Counted from the first letter of the whole stretch, positions 9,787-22,906 are shown. The stretch is DNA of 63,936 bases, filler included, from Octopus bimaculoides (GCF_001194135.2; 4 parts of 4 records of this genome joined end to end with filler, not necessarily neighbours in it), one strand, 5' to 3'. The notes: a model not told the origin generated them from the sequence alone. A program made the numbers and translations.

Positions 9787-11091
9787 TTTATTAATTTCAA
9801 TCGAATTTTAGTGTAACCTTTTCATTTTATTTATTTTTTTTTTAGTAATTTAGATGATAATCGTTCTCATCACTAACAATGTAATTTTAATAAATTAAAA
9901 AATTCCTAGAATACTACGTCATGTATTCTAGCGGCTATTTTCGTTAAGCATCAATCTCATCTGCTGTCATTCAACTAATCTTTGGCTGTCATCACTACTG
10001 CTATAGANNNNNNNNNNNNNNNNNNNNNNNNNNNNNNNNNNNNNNNNNNNNNNNNNNNNNNNNNNNNNNNNNNNNNNNNNNNNNNNNNNNNNNNNNNNNN
10101 NNNNNNNNNNNNNNNNNNNNNNNNNNNNNNNNNNNNNNNNNNNNNNNNNNNNNNNNNNNNNNNNNNNNNNNNNNNNNNNNNNNNNNNNNNNNNNNNNNNN
10201 NNNNNNNNNNNNNNNNNNNNNNNNNNNNNNNNNNNNNNNNNNNNNNNNNNNNNNNNNNNNNNNNNNNNNNNNNNNNNNNNNNNNNNNNNNNNNNNNNNNN
10301 NNNNNNNNNNNNNNNNNNNNNNNNNNNNNNNNNNNNNNNNNNNNNNNNNNNNNNNNNNNNNNNNNNNNNNNNNNNNNNNNNNNNNNNNNNNNNNNNNNNN
10401 NNNNNNNNNNNNNNNNNNNNNNNNNNNNNNNNNNNNNNNNNNNNNNNNNNNNNNNNNNNNNNNNNNNNNNNNNNNNNNNNNNNNNNNNNNNNNNNNNNNN
10501 NNNNNNNNNNNNNNNNNNNNNNNNNNNNNNNNNNNNNNNNNNNNNNNNNNNNNNNNNNNNNNNNNNNNNNNNNNNNNNNNNNNNNNNNNNNNNNNNNNNN
10601 NNNNNNNNNNNNNNNNNNNNNNNNNNNNNNNNNNNNNNNNNNNNNNNNNNNNNNNNNNNNNNNNNNNNNNNNNNNNNNNNNNNNNNNNNNNNNNNNNNNN
10701 NNNNNNNNNNNNNNNNNNNNNNNNNNNNNNNNNNNNNNNNNNNNNNNNNNNNNNNNNNNNNNNNNNNNNNNNNNNNNNNNNNNNTATACAGACACTCCCA
10801 CAAAGGCTTAACTTTATTTAAGCATTGTTTGGAGTCAAAATTTCCTTGGTACCATCTGCAACCTGGTCATTGACATGGTTCCACTGTTTTACACACACAC
10901 ACACACGTACACATATATACCGCTTGACAACGGTGTTGGTTTGTTTACGTTTCCGTAACTTAGCGGTTCGGCAAAAGAGACCGATAGAATAAGTACCAGG
11001 CTTTTAAAAAAAATATTGGTGTCGATTCCTTCGACTAAAACCCTTCAACGTGGTATTCTAGCACAACCGCAGTTCAAATGGTTAAACAATT

Positions 11092-11154
<63 letters not shown>

Positions 11155-12279
11155 TATATATATATTGTGTGGGTCTGGAGAATGAAGTGAAAACGGCTAA
11201 TTCATAAGTTTCTGACTCAAGACCTAAAATATTTAAAACTGCATCACCAAAGACATGCATTTATTTATTCGTAAATCGAAAATAATTCTCTTCTGAAAAA
11301 TGTTCTTCTTAATCTTGGCTCCAAAGTTATCGTGTAGATTATTTATAGGAATTTATAGACAGACACGGAAATAATGCTAAAAATAGCAATTATAGAAGAG
11401 GACGTGGCAGCGACGGAGCCACTACGTCATTGCTCGATCTGCTAGAAATAGCAGCAAAATCTCAAATCACACCGTAACTGTTTAACTAAAAGGACTCGTT
11501 GATGGATGTGGTCCTAGGTACACTGTACGGCATTTTTTCTGTTTATGATCACAAAAAGAAGGTAAATTACTGTAAGCAATTAGCTTCATTATTTTCAAAT
11601 GTGTAATCGAAGAAGTGTTTTAAAAATTTAATTGCTGAAGATGGGGAAAACTAAAAATTTGAAAAGCTGCTAATTATTTGTCATTTATTTAATATTGTTA
11701 CTATTTAATTTATTCGCAAAATCGTAAAAATCCGCTGCTGACAACAGGAACCTGAAGACATTTTCTGATAAAAAAAAATGAATAAAATACTACTATTACT
11801 GCTTTAGGCACAAGGCCTGAAATTTGGGGGTAGAGAGTTAATTGATTACAACGACCCAAATGATCAACTGGTACTTATTTTATCGACCCTGAAAAGCAAA
11901 GTCGACCTCGGCAGTATTTGAATTCAGAACGTGAAATGCTCAGTGGCATTTCGTCCGGCGTGCTGACGATTCTGCAAGCTCGCCGTCTTACTAAATAATA
12001 GTAAAGGATGATGATGATGGTGTGGTGGGCTGGAGTATCACTACAACACATCCTGTTGGAACTTGACTAAAAAGTTTTAAAGTTTATCATTTTCAATTTT
12101 ATGATGATAAAACGAAAGAATGCCAAATAAATAAAAGGATGGTTCCCGTTTGATGTCTTTTATCATAGGTCTGCTCTCGATCAGAACTGATCCATATAGT
12201 TAAACAAAGTGTATATATATATATTTATATAGTTTTAGGGAAAAGAACCAAGGTTCATGAACTCATCGATGAAAATCCA

Positions 12280-12316
<37 letters not shown>

Positions 12317-12319
<3 letters not shown>

Positions 12320-12480
12320 GCATATGTGTGCTACCCCGACTTTGTTTCCTCATAACTTTCAGAAAAATTCGGATATACTCTTAATCTATATGTAGTTGCA
12401 AAAATAAAATTCCTTAAAAGAATGGACATTTTTTCTGAAAGCTATGAAGAAACAAAATCGAGGGCGCATACTTATGTAGG
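12317..12480. mobile_element. TA-flanked MITE (164 bp)
   Basis: ~50-bp imperfect inverted arms (…TTTGTTTC(C/T)TCATA(A/G)CTTTCAGAAAAA), TA on both sides. Confidence 0.7.
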
Positions 12481-13149
12481 TATGCCTATGCATAAGTTTA
12501 CACACACATATGTATATATGTGTATGTATGTATGTATTTAGTCAGGGATTACTAATGATCGAGTGGAAGTGTCGTCAAGTGCAATAAGTCGGCGCGAAAC
12601 CGTTGGTAACGTTCGAAGCACTGTTTATACAACATAACATAATTGGTCTAACTGATTAGACACATACACACATTTGTTTGTCATTCTGTGGACTAGTTTC
12701 CTATACACTATATTGTTTAACTCGAGGTCATCCTCCATCAGACACAATTATTATCAAAAGCATTTCAGCTTCGACCATCCTGTCTTTCTGTATATGTAGG
12801 GCTACAAATGTGCCCCTTTTTAAACGGTAGGATGGGAGTTGAGGAAATATGTCTACTATTTCTAGTAGATCAAGCAGCAGTATTAACGCTCCCTCGTTGG
12901 CTTGTTTTCCTAGACGTTGTCGCTGTTTTGACTCGGGTTTTGCTCTGATTAAAAAAGTTGATGCCGCGTCGTCTCACTTCCCGAGTGACGGTGTGTCGGT
13001 TCCCTATTTGGACAAACTGAGGCTCGCGAGAGATTCGGAATGGTACGCCAATGAAAGAATTACCTTAATTATTTTGGAAAGACTTCCTCCCGTAAGGGAT
13101 TTTTTAGGGGAGGGGAGTACAAACGGAATTCTTGCCATTATTTTAGTAA

Positions 13150-13213
13150 TACGGCTCACTTGATGAACCATGTCTCATGCGACTCGCTTCTCGAAAAAGG
13201 TTGCCCGTGTCTG
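13150..13213 (-). mobile_element. Possible single hAT-like terminus
   Basis: Reverse complement reads CAGACACGGGCAACCTTTTT…, resembling CAGGGGTGGGCAACCTTTT hAT ends. The partner end was not found. Confidence 0.35.
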
Positions 13214-14149
13214 GTTTAGTGTCTGTACATCCCACGTGTATGTACGTACTGTGTGCTTTAAGTTGATCTTAATGAAAGTTCCCTACGTACATCGGCGTTG
13301 ATCTCCCAGTGTTAGGTTTTGGGCTCGCTAGCTCATTATTAGTTGCAGTGCTTCCCATAGGCTCAGAACCCGTGCACACATCATCGTGGGACTGAGTTAA
13401 CTAGAAAATTTTTTTTTTAAAAAGCAAGCTCGTGGGTGACGAAGATGAAGATGGAGCGAGGACACCCAGAACTGGACATTGAGGGTCCTGGTTGAGTGCA
13501 GTGTGGCGGCTATGTCCGAGACCCTCAGCCAAGAGAATGCACAGATTCATTCATTCATCCATCAGTAAAACCATTCCAACAACAGCCATCTTGTCTTATA
13601 GTCAAACTCAGTACAACCCAAACTAATGTCTTACATTCAAACTCATTACAACCCGAACAATGTCCTTTTTTCTTTAATAGTACAGTTTGATCTATGGTTC
13701 TACTATTTCTAGCAGGTTGAGCGACCACATATACTTTCCTTCATTAGCCTCTATACTTCATTAAGTGGATGGGGGACACTAAAAAATTGTCGCTAGACTA
13801 ATTATATTTAGACAAATCGGTAAAATAAATACGACATGAAATGAGGGCGGCATAACCAACGTATACTGTGTGATTTTGTGCCTAAGTTAGAAACCATTTT
13901 TGTTTCAATCGATTGGCAAAACAGTCTTTGCAATGTTCCCTCATTCGTCTTTTTGTGGCGAAAAATAAAAACCGATTATTATTTTTATGCGCGTGTGTGA
14001 GAGTATTTATGTGGTTAATTAATAAACGCTGTTAATCGTTTTTAAAACCGCTTCAAATAATTTTAAGAAAAAACAATACACGACTAAAAATCATGTGTGT
14101 GTGCGTGTCTATCTATCTATAGATGGATGGTTGAACACATATACACGTG

Positions 14150-14289
<140 letters not shown>

Positions 14290-14865
14290 TTCAATCTCTT
14301 GTTTTGAAATTCAGTTTACTTCTCAGCATATTCTCTGCGGGACTTCTGATGTAATTCTATTTTCGCGTTACTTTCCTTCATTTCCTGTCTCCATCAAGCA
14401 GCACCAACAATAATAACAACAAACCGACGAAGAGGTAAAAAGAACTTCAGGTCTTCTTCTTCTTCATATATATATATATAAATACACATGTATTTTGTTA
14501 CACATGCATAACGTAGAAGCACTCGTTTGTGTATTGAATTATTTAATTCCTTCTCATCATATCTCCCCCTCTAAGTTTTGTATGTGTTGAAACCCATAAG
14601 CTCTCTTTAATTATGACGAAAACACTCCCCCCTCTTTCTTCTTGCTTTCTGTTCCGTTATCTGTTATATTTCAGCTACTAAGAAATACAACTTGTAATTT
14701 TCCATATTCTTTTCACTGACGAAATCTGTCTACATTTCTAACTATGAATTTGTACAATAGACCCAGACATCAGTTAGCAATATTCATAATTTATGTCTTT
14801 TAAATATATGTTGAGCTCATATTTATTAATAACAAGAACAAATGTGATTACATTATGTATGTATG

Positions 14866-14914
<49 letters not shown>

Positions 14915-14925
14915 ATGTATGTATG

Positions 14926-14958
<33 letters not shown>

Positions 14959-15349
14959 NNNNNNNNNNNNNNNNNNNNNNNNNNNNNNNNNNNNNNNNNN
15001 NNNNNNNNNNNNNNNNNNNNNNNNNNNNNNNNNNNNNNNNNNNNNNNNNNNNNNNNNNNNNNNNNNNNNNNNNNNNNNNNNNNNNNNNNNNNNNNNNNNN
15101 NNNNNNNNNNNNNNNNNNNNNNNNNNNNNNNNNNNNNNNNNNNNNNNNNNNNNNNNNNNNNNNNNNNNNNNNNNNNNNNNNNNNNNNNNNNNNNNNNNNN
15201 NNNNNNNNNNNNNNNNNNNNNNNNNNNNNNNNNNNNNNNNNNNNNNNNNNNNNNNNNNNNNNNNNNNNNNNNNNNNNNNATATATATATATGATGATGTG
15301 TGGTGATGCAAACAGGAAAATAGCATGAGTGCGTATGTATTTATGTGCA

Positions 15350-15388
<39 letters not shown>

Positions 15389-15389
15389 C

Positions 15390-15423
<34 letters not shown>

Positions 15424-16299
15424 CGGCAGAACTTACAGAGTGACACATTGGCCAAGGATTTCGTGCATTGGCACCAATGTACATAACTCTCCGGCCTTGT
15501 GCCGATTTCTAATTAAATATAATCGGTCGTTTGGTCATAAGTCCGAAAAACAAAACATTAAAAAAAATTTTGAGCAGTAGTATTAACCAGATACAAAAAA
15601 ATTAAATAGTACGTCTAGAAGGGAGTGTAATTTTTATGTACACATTGAAATCTAAATGTAATTTCCGTTACATATTTTTTCACATTATTTTTAGTAATAC
15701 GGACACGTAGAATAAGGATCAAAATGTACAATATGTTCTTGATAATACATACACTTATTATCAGCTCTGTGTGTGTGTGTGTAAAATGGATTCGGTGGAC
15801 AGAAACTGAATGAAGCTTGTTGTGTATGTATTTGTGTATCTGTGTTTGTCCTTCCACCATCGCTTGACAGCCGATGTTGGCAAAAGAGACCAATAGAACA
15901 AGTACTAGGCTTACAAAGACTAAGTCCTGAGGTCGATTTGTTTGACTAAAGGCGGTGCTCCAGCATGGCCACAGTCGAATGACTGAGACATGTAAAAGAA
16001 ATAAAAGAAATATACAATAGGAATGATCTTCTATAATGGTATATGAATATAAACTCAGCAACTTGAAAGCTTGTGTGCAGTGCAGAAATAAAGCCTGGTG
16101 TTCTCCTTTTTCCTGTTATATAAATACATACATGCATGTGTGTATACTTAAGTTAAGGAAGCATCACTGAGATGGGTGAAAAAGTAGTAAAACGGTCGTT
16201 GCTGCAGATATGAGACTATGGACAAAGCGCCTGAGGACTCTACCACTACAACCCTCCCAATTATTGTCATTGGAAAAGGTGGATGAATATGTGTGTCAT

Positions 16300-16735
16300 C
16301 ATCATTATCGTTTTCATTTAATGTCCGTTGTCCATACTGGCACGGGTTGGACGGTGTGACCAGCGCTGGCAAGCTGGGTGGAGCTGCCACCAGACTCCAG
16401 TTTGATTTGGCTTGGTTTCTATGGCTGGATCCCCTTCCTAATGCCAACCACTTCACAGAGTATGCTGGGTGCTTTTACGTGGCATCACGAGTGCTTTTAC
16501 GTAGCACTGCCATGAGTGCTTTACACAACCTGAAGGATTGGTCTTAACACTTCTGCTGCAGGATACGGGTCTTCTTGAGTACAGCCAGATGCCAGGTACC
16601 CCGCACCTTTGTCATCTCTCCTGAAAGGTTCAGCTTCCTGAGGTCGTTTTTCAATACTTCATCCAATGTCTTCCTATGTCTCCCACTTCCACATGTTCCA
16701 TCCACTTTGAGAGATTGGCACTTCTTTATGCAACA
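16300..16735 (-). mobile_element. RTE-type LINE 3-prime end with (GAT)n tail
   Basis: Minus-strand ORF KVDGTCGSGRHRKTLDEVLKNDLRKLNL…WHLAVLKKT (RTE C-terminus), followed by a 3-prime UTR shared with the family D retroposons and a tail. Confidence 0.75.
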
Positions 16736-16747
16736 TCTATATATATC

Positions 16748-16780
<33 letters not shown>

Positions 16781-16853
16781 ATACATGTATATATGTATTT
16801 ATGTGTGTGTGTGTATATATATAAATTTATGTGTGTGTAGAGATAGGTATTTA

Positions 16854-16896
<43 letters not shown>

Positions 16897-17704
16897 NNNN
16901 NNNNNNNNNNNNNNNNNNNNNNNNNNNNNNNNNNNNNNNNNNNNNNNNNNNNNNNNNNNNNNNNNNNNNNNNNNNNNNNNNNNNNNNNNNNNNNNNNNNN
17001 NNNNNNNNNNNNNNNNNNNNNNNNNNNNNNNNNNNNNNNNNNNNNNNNNNNNNNNNNNNNNNNNNNNNNNNNNNNNNNNNNNNNNNNNNNNNNNNNNNNN
17101 NNNNNNNNNNNNNNNNNNNNNNNNNNNNNNNNNNNNNNNNNNNNNNNNNNNNNNNNNNNNNNNNNNNNNNNNNNNNNNNNNNNNNNNNNNNNNNNNNNNN
17201 NNNNNNNNNNNNNNNNNNNNNNNNNNNNNNNNNNNNNNNNNNNNNNNNNNNNNNNNNNNNNNNNNNNNNNNNNNNNNNNNNNNNNNNNNNNNNNNNNNNN
17301 NNNNNNNNNNNNNNNNNNNNNNNNNNNNNNNNNNNNNNNNNNNNNNNNNNNNNNNNNNNNNNNNNNNNNNNNNNNNNNNNNNNNNNNNNNNNNNNNNNNN
17401 NNNNNNNNNNNNNNNNNNNNNNNNNNNNNNNNNNNNNNNNNNNNNNNNNNNNNNNNNNNNNNNNNNNNNNNNNNNNNNNNNNNNNNNNNNNNNNNNNNNN
17501 NNNNNNNNNNNNNNNNNNNNNNNNNNNNNNNNNNNNNNNNNNNNNNNNNNNNNNNNNNNNNNNNNNNNNNNNNNNNNNNNNNNNNNNNNNNNNNNNNNNN
17601 NNNNNNNNNNNNNNNNNNNNNNNNNNNNNNNNNNNNNNNNNNNNNNNNNNNNNNNNNNNNNNNNNNNNNNNNNNNNNNNNNNNNNNNNNNNNNNTATATA
17701 TATA

Positions 17705-17890
17705 TATCTTCCGGTCCTTTCACAATGTAACCTCGTGGGCATCGGTACCATTTTTCCTCTTTCTCCGTTGTTCCATTCTCCGAACTTTCCATCTTTCCAA
17801 CGAAGGGCTACGCCCGAAACGTCATACACACTCTCTTTCCTTTCCCGAGCGTCCAATAACACTATCCATATCACGTCCTCACTTTGTTGT
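17705..17890 (+). mobile_element. Probable Penelope pLTR fragment with a hammerhead-like core
   Basis: CCAACGA-A-GGGC(TAC)GCCC-GAAAC-GTC at 17797-17823, followed by a pyrimidine-rich tail. Stem I is not evident. Confidence 0.45.
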
Positions 17891-17937
17891 TTTTTTGTGT
17901 TTTTTTTAACTTATATATATATATATATATACATATA

Positions 17938-19340
17938 CAGGGTGTGGACGGTATTTGTTTGCATGATGACTGTTTCAGGAAAAAATAAATCTGTTTAATT
18001 TTTGGAGTTCAAATTTGGGTCAGTTTGTCTTCATGACATGTTCTGTCAATCTCACTCAATGAAGCTGTATTTGGTTTCATTGACAGCCTCTGGGCAACCT
18101 CAGAACCGGCCTCAGGCCTTCATCAATATCTCCTGTTTTAGAACCCTGAAGGCCCTGGTAATCTTAGCCTTCAGCATCTGGCTGTACTCAAGAAGACCCG
18201 TATCCTGCAGGTTGTGTAAAGCACTCATGGCAGTGCTACGTAAAAGCACTCGTGACACCACGTAAAAGCATCCAGCATACTCTGTGATGTGGTTGGCATT
18301 AGGAAGGAGATCCAGAAATAGAAACTATGCCAAATCAAACTGGAGTCTGGTGGCAGCTCCACCCAGCTTGCCAGCGCTGGTCACACCGTCCAACCCGTGC
18401 CAGTATGGACAACGGACATTAAATGTTACAGCTAGATTTGTTGGTCTCTCAATCTGCTGTACCCCACACAAAGAAGTTAAGGGGGTTGCAGTCATGCAGG
18501 CTGGGAGGTCAAATGTGCAATTGAAGAAATTCACTGACAGCCAGGTCTGGGTCTTCCGCTGGTGTGGCAGACTGCAGAGTCTTGCTACCACATGTACGTT
18601 CTCCCTGCAACTACTCAGTCAATCCAGGGCTTCACCTCATTCAGAACATGAATGTAGCCATCAGTGTTCAGCCTGAGGTTCTCAGGGAAGAAGTGGGGTG
18701 ACATAAAATCACCTTTACTGCTGATGACACTGAAGACCATTTCACTGGAAACTTCATCTGCATCACTCTGGGCATGTCCTTGAGTGAGATAGCGAGCCTC
18801 CTGTTGTTCTAGGAATTGATCTTCCTGTCTTGGCAGAAATTCTTCTTGTCAGAGAAGAACCACAGCATATCTAGCTCCATTGGGTGTTGCAACGTGTCGA
18901 TCAGCTTCTTTAATGTGCTGGAGTAGTTTGTCCTGCATTGCCTTGGATAGAAATTCTCCCTTCCTCATCTTGTATAAAAAGTAGCAAATATCCTTATGCA
19001 CCACCAACCTGATGAGCTTTTCATCCACACCTTTCTCCCTTGCAATGGCATGCATTGACTTGCTGGGATCATTGTTGATGATCTCCTGAATTTCAGCAAC
19101 AAATTCTGGCATCATATCGTCAATCACCGGTTTTCTACTCTGCTGCCTCTTTGTAGTCAAATCCTATATCTTCCAATTCCTTTCTGATCTTTTCTACCAT
19201 CCATCTACTGGCATTATGGAAGTCTGAAATCTCATTCGTCCTTCTGGCACAGATTCCAAGAACTTTATGCTTCTTCCACAAATTGTGTCGTTGGTGTGGT
19301 ACGGTGTGTGTGTGCTGGGGTTCAAAATTTTCAATAGTTA
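17938..19340 (-). mobile_element. maT/DD37D-like Tc1-mariner transposon relic, interrupted by a retroelement-tail insertion
   Basis: TA|CAGGGTG terminus at 17936-17944. Minus-strand frames give PEFVAEIQEIINNDPSKSMHAIARE, LWFFSDKKNFCQD, QDSAVCH and DCNPLNFFVWG, with stops and frameshifts. No second TIR seen. Confidence 0.85.
18174..18425 (+). mobile_element. Tail-less copy of the same RTE 3-prime end, inserted in the maT transposase
   Basis: About 9 substitutions and one 26-bp deletion relative to the reverse complement of 16316-16592. Confidence 0.85.
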
Positions 19341-19382
19341 ATTATTCTTCAAAAAAATAAAGCAGAAGTGGAGTCACACTTG

Positions 19383-19468
19383 TGAAGGTTACATAGTCGC
19401 CTGGAATTTCCAAGTTCACTCACTGCAGTGAGTTAACTTGGAAATTCCGAGTGACTACGTAACCTTCA
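19383..19468. repeat. 86-bp spacerless imperfect palindrome
   Basis: Two 43-bp arms with 5 mismatches, centred on CTGCAG. Confidence 0.9.
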
Positions 19469-20596
19469 TTTGATTAAAGTATTCTCAGCTTGATGGTTAG
19501 CTACGTCGAGCATCCATCATTGAGTAACTATTACATCAGAGATTCAGCTAGGTAAGAAACATATAGTGTGCATCTTACTGGTTCCACTCCCTCAATTTGG
19601 ATTTTTATTTGCATTTGTAGCAGCTCTTGTTGCTAACTGTGAGCTATATATCAACTTATCAAATTTCCTTGAAGCTTTGATATGGGAAAAAGTATGTAAC
19701 TGTCAATGCTAATAAGCTGTTATTGTTCCTTATCATACACTGTCCACTGTTTGTTCTCTATACCTGCTGCCACACACTGCTTGAAGCTTACAAACTTCCT
19801 ACACTCAGATCCTTGGATCTTACCCTTTTTATATGTGTGTGTGTGTATGTACATCTAAGAATGGGAGTTCCAAAGTTTTGAAAAGTGTGACACCACATTG
19901 TAGCCACTCTTATTCCCAATTTTACTTGGACCCAGAGTAATAGCACCTGTCAGGGTCCCAGCTACATGATAACTGGCCATCTGAGTGCAAGGATGAAGAA
20001 ATACCCTTGATTGATGTAAGGTACCCCTTACTCAAAGTGTAAGGTTCCTCTAGCTGTTGTCACAGCATCCTTCAAGGTGAGGGACGCTCTGATGTAATGT
20101 GTGGTTTTAAGTGATTACTGGTCATTTAATTTCGCCCTGTCACTGGGTACTAATTATGGAGACTCAGAAAGTGGTACTTGTGTTGTTGAAGCATTTATCA
20201 CTGTAATCCAATGATGTACAAATGATGACCTCATTTGTCATCCCATCTGTTGAAAGTCCTATTGTGATGGAAGAGTGGCAATGCGTGCAGAATACACAGT
20301 AAGTTGCAATTTTTGCCTGACCCCTCTGCTTCTAGCCATCCAGGTCTGAATAGTCATCTGAAAGGTTATGAATGGAAAGAAAGAAATGCCATTGACAACG
20401 AAGAAGCGGTCCTCTGTGAAGACGGAGCACTCAATACGTGCGTGTGTGTGTCTGCATGTATTTATAGTTTGTAATTCTTGTTTCTTTATCATCAACAGAA
20501 CCTGACTGTGTTAAATAGTTGTTAGTTGTTCACGTCAGTCTTGTCACTACATATTTATAACTGTCCAACCCATGCCAGCATAAAAAACGGACATTA

Positions 20597-20628
<32 letters not shown>

Positions 20629-20632
20629 CATA

Positions 20633-21274
20633 CAGGCATACCTCACCCTACGTTGTTAATTGGCTCCAGGAGACACGACTTCAGTCAAATTAACTTGTCT
20701 CTAGGCTAAACTGATAATAATACATGGTTAACAAAACCCCATTTTAAGCTTACAAACAAATAATTTTAATTTTTTAATACAGTACAGTAAAAGAAAAAAG
20801 TAATCTAAATTTACGAATACAATTTGGCAGTGTTTACCGTACATTGCGGACGCTTTATTTATGAATGCAGTTTACAATAAGACATGTAAAATAAAAGCCT
20901 TTTTTAAGCTTAAAAAACAAATTCAGTAATTATTATTATTTCGCAGTGGTAAAAAAACCCCAATTATTTTAAATTTACCAATTACGTACATACAATTTGG
21001 TGATTTCATGATTTCGTTCACTAAGCTACACTACTTTATGGTGTGTATCTTAACATTTACTGTATGTATTTTAATATGATTTAATATGCTTTTATTCTTA
21101 TTTATTGTACAGTAACATGATTTTATGTGCTTTTGATGGTTTTCTATTTATGGCGGACAGATGTAAATTCGAGTAAAACGATTCAACTTGATTTTTACTG
21201 ATTTTTATTTTTCCATATATTTTTTTTTGAAAACTGATGTATAATCGTGAACGACTTAAGCTGAGGTATGCCTG
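20633..21274. mobile_element. Tigger/pogo-like MITE (642 bp)
   Basis: Perfect 13-bp TIR CAGGCATACCTCA / TGAGGTATGCCTG, matching the start of Tigger1-type TIRs. TA on the left, TG on the right. Confidence 0.8.
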
Positions 21275-21596
21275 TGTATATATTGACAGGGTGTATATAT
21301 ATTCACACCAAAATATTTTACATTTTATATATATTACATTATTATCATTCATTTTATTCATGTACAAATGTGTGTGTATTATCATTATTTTATTCAATTT
21401 TAGAAAAATTTAAGCACATCTTTGATGACAATTTCAGAACATATTGAACTTGTGTGTGTGTGGGCTTAGTGGTTAGGCTATTTGTCTCCCAAGCTTAAGG
21501 TTGTATGTTCAATTCCTGGTGGCGCGTTTTGTCCTTGAGCAAGTCACTTTATTTCACGTTGCCTGTGGTGTAGGTGCAGATTTATCTGTCATCTGT

Positions 21597-21824
21597 TTAA
21601 ACCCTTTTGTTACTGTATTTATTTTGAGATGCTCTGTGTTTCTTTTAATTATTTTAAATATAAGAAAGAATTTAGTAAAATAACTTAGTTATCATTAAGC
21701 TAGTGTTAGGAACCTAAATTGTGACTAAGGTTTGGTGAAAGATTTTTATTCAAAACTTATAAAATCAAGACATTTGTACAGAGCCAGAGCTAGTTTCAGC
21801 CGGGTTGGTAACGAAAGGGTTTAT
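21597..21824. mobile_element. Second piggyBac-like MITE family; related copy at ~61190-61412
   Basis: TTAA-ACCCTTTTGTTAC … GTAACGAAAGGGT-TTAT inverted termini. Interior AATTTAGTAAAATAACT also appears near 42795. Confidence 0.7.
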
Positions 21825-22074
21825 ACTACAGAGTCCAGGGTTACATACCAGCCCATAGCTTCCTTGACTTCTGAAGGAAACTACTTTTTGTTCTGTTTTT
21901 GTTCAACTTTGCAATAATAATTGTTTCCCAAATCTCAAACTAATTTTGCATGTTTAATTGAAATTGATTTATAATTGTATGAATATAAATGTAAAAACTA
22001 TTCATTTTTTTGTTTCTTTTTATATTTTTGAAAGCTATTGATTTTTGTATTTTTTTTTTTCTTCTGATTTTTAG

Positions 22075-22591
22075 AGAGATTAATGATAGTGGCCAGTGTT
22101 AATACTCAATCTCTGCAAACCGGGGCAGACATGCTTGCTCATCCTCAAGGAACTTCTGTTGTGAGTGAACCGAACATGGTTAAAGTGCACCCTTTACCAC
22201 AACAACCTGGTGCCGTTGATATATCCGTTGTCCCCTACGAAAGTTTCATGCAACACCCATTCTCACAAAGTTCCACCCAGCCTGTTACCCCCAATGCCTG
22301 TTTGCCCTCGCATCATATTCCAAACCCCGACACTGTCCTCATCCCTTCCAACCAGCATCTGATTCAGCCCAACAGTGCCATCATACACCCCACCTACATT
22401 CAGCAACAGCAACCAATGCCTCATACTATGTCACAATCGTCACCGGTTCAATCACAAGAAGGCATTGTCCTCCCTACCTACCAGCAGCTTCCTCAGAGCC
22501 ATGACTTAGTCCTGTCCCCCCACCATCACTATTCAGGCCAGCCGCATGGAACTGTCATTCTAACTCCCCAACAGAATTCCTACCAACACCA
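22075..22591 (+). CDS. Internal or terminal coding exon, Gln/Pro/His/Ser-rich, truncated by an assembly gap
   Basis: Strong polypyrimidine tract ending TTTTAG at 22074. Only the frame of ORF 22083 stays open (…HPQGTSVVSEPNMVKVHPLPQQP…IQQQQPMPH…). GC is higher than in the flanks and the sequence is not a microsatellite. Confidence 0.7.
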
Positions 22592-22691
22592 NNNNNNNNN
22601 NNNNNNNNNNNNNNNNNNNNNNNNNNNNNNNNNNNTTAATTAATTAANNNNNNNNNNNNNNNNNNNNNNNNNNNNNNNNNNNNNNNNNNNN
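22592..22691. other. Artificial join: 44 N + TTAATTAATTAA + 44 N; identical at 35508-35607 and 62404-62503
   Basis: Exactly 100 bp in all three cases; the 12-mer has stop codons in all six frames. Confidence 0.95.
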
Positions 22692-22867
22692 GTAGTGACA
22701 ATGGTGTCGAGGATGGAGAAGAGGAGGGGGAGTAGGAGGAGGGGAATAGGAGGAGGGGCAGGAAGAGGAGGGGAGATAAATATTCTGATGACTATGACGC
22801 AGTTGGTGATAACAACGACAGCTACTGCAAAGATAGCGACGACGACGACGACAACAACAACGACGAC

Positions 22868-22906
<39 letters not shown>

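Noticed and set aside
12849-13163. 104-aa ORF in CpG-rich DNA
   Set aside because: Its 5-prime end overlaps the antisense of a dispersed repeat, its 3-prime end abuts a hAT-like terminus, and it has no recognisable domain or splice context.
22636-22647. TTAATTAATTAA recurring three times as a possible motif or PacI-like site
   Set aside because: It is always centred in an exact 44N/44N gap, so it is an assembly linker.
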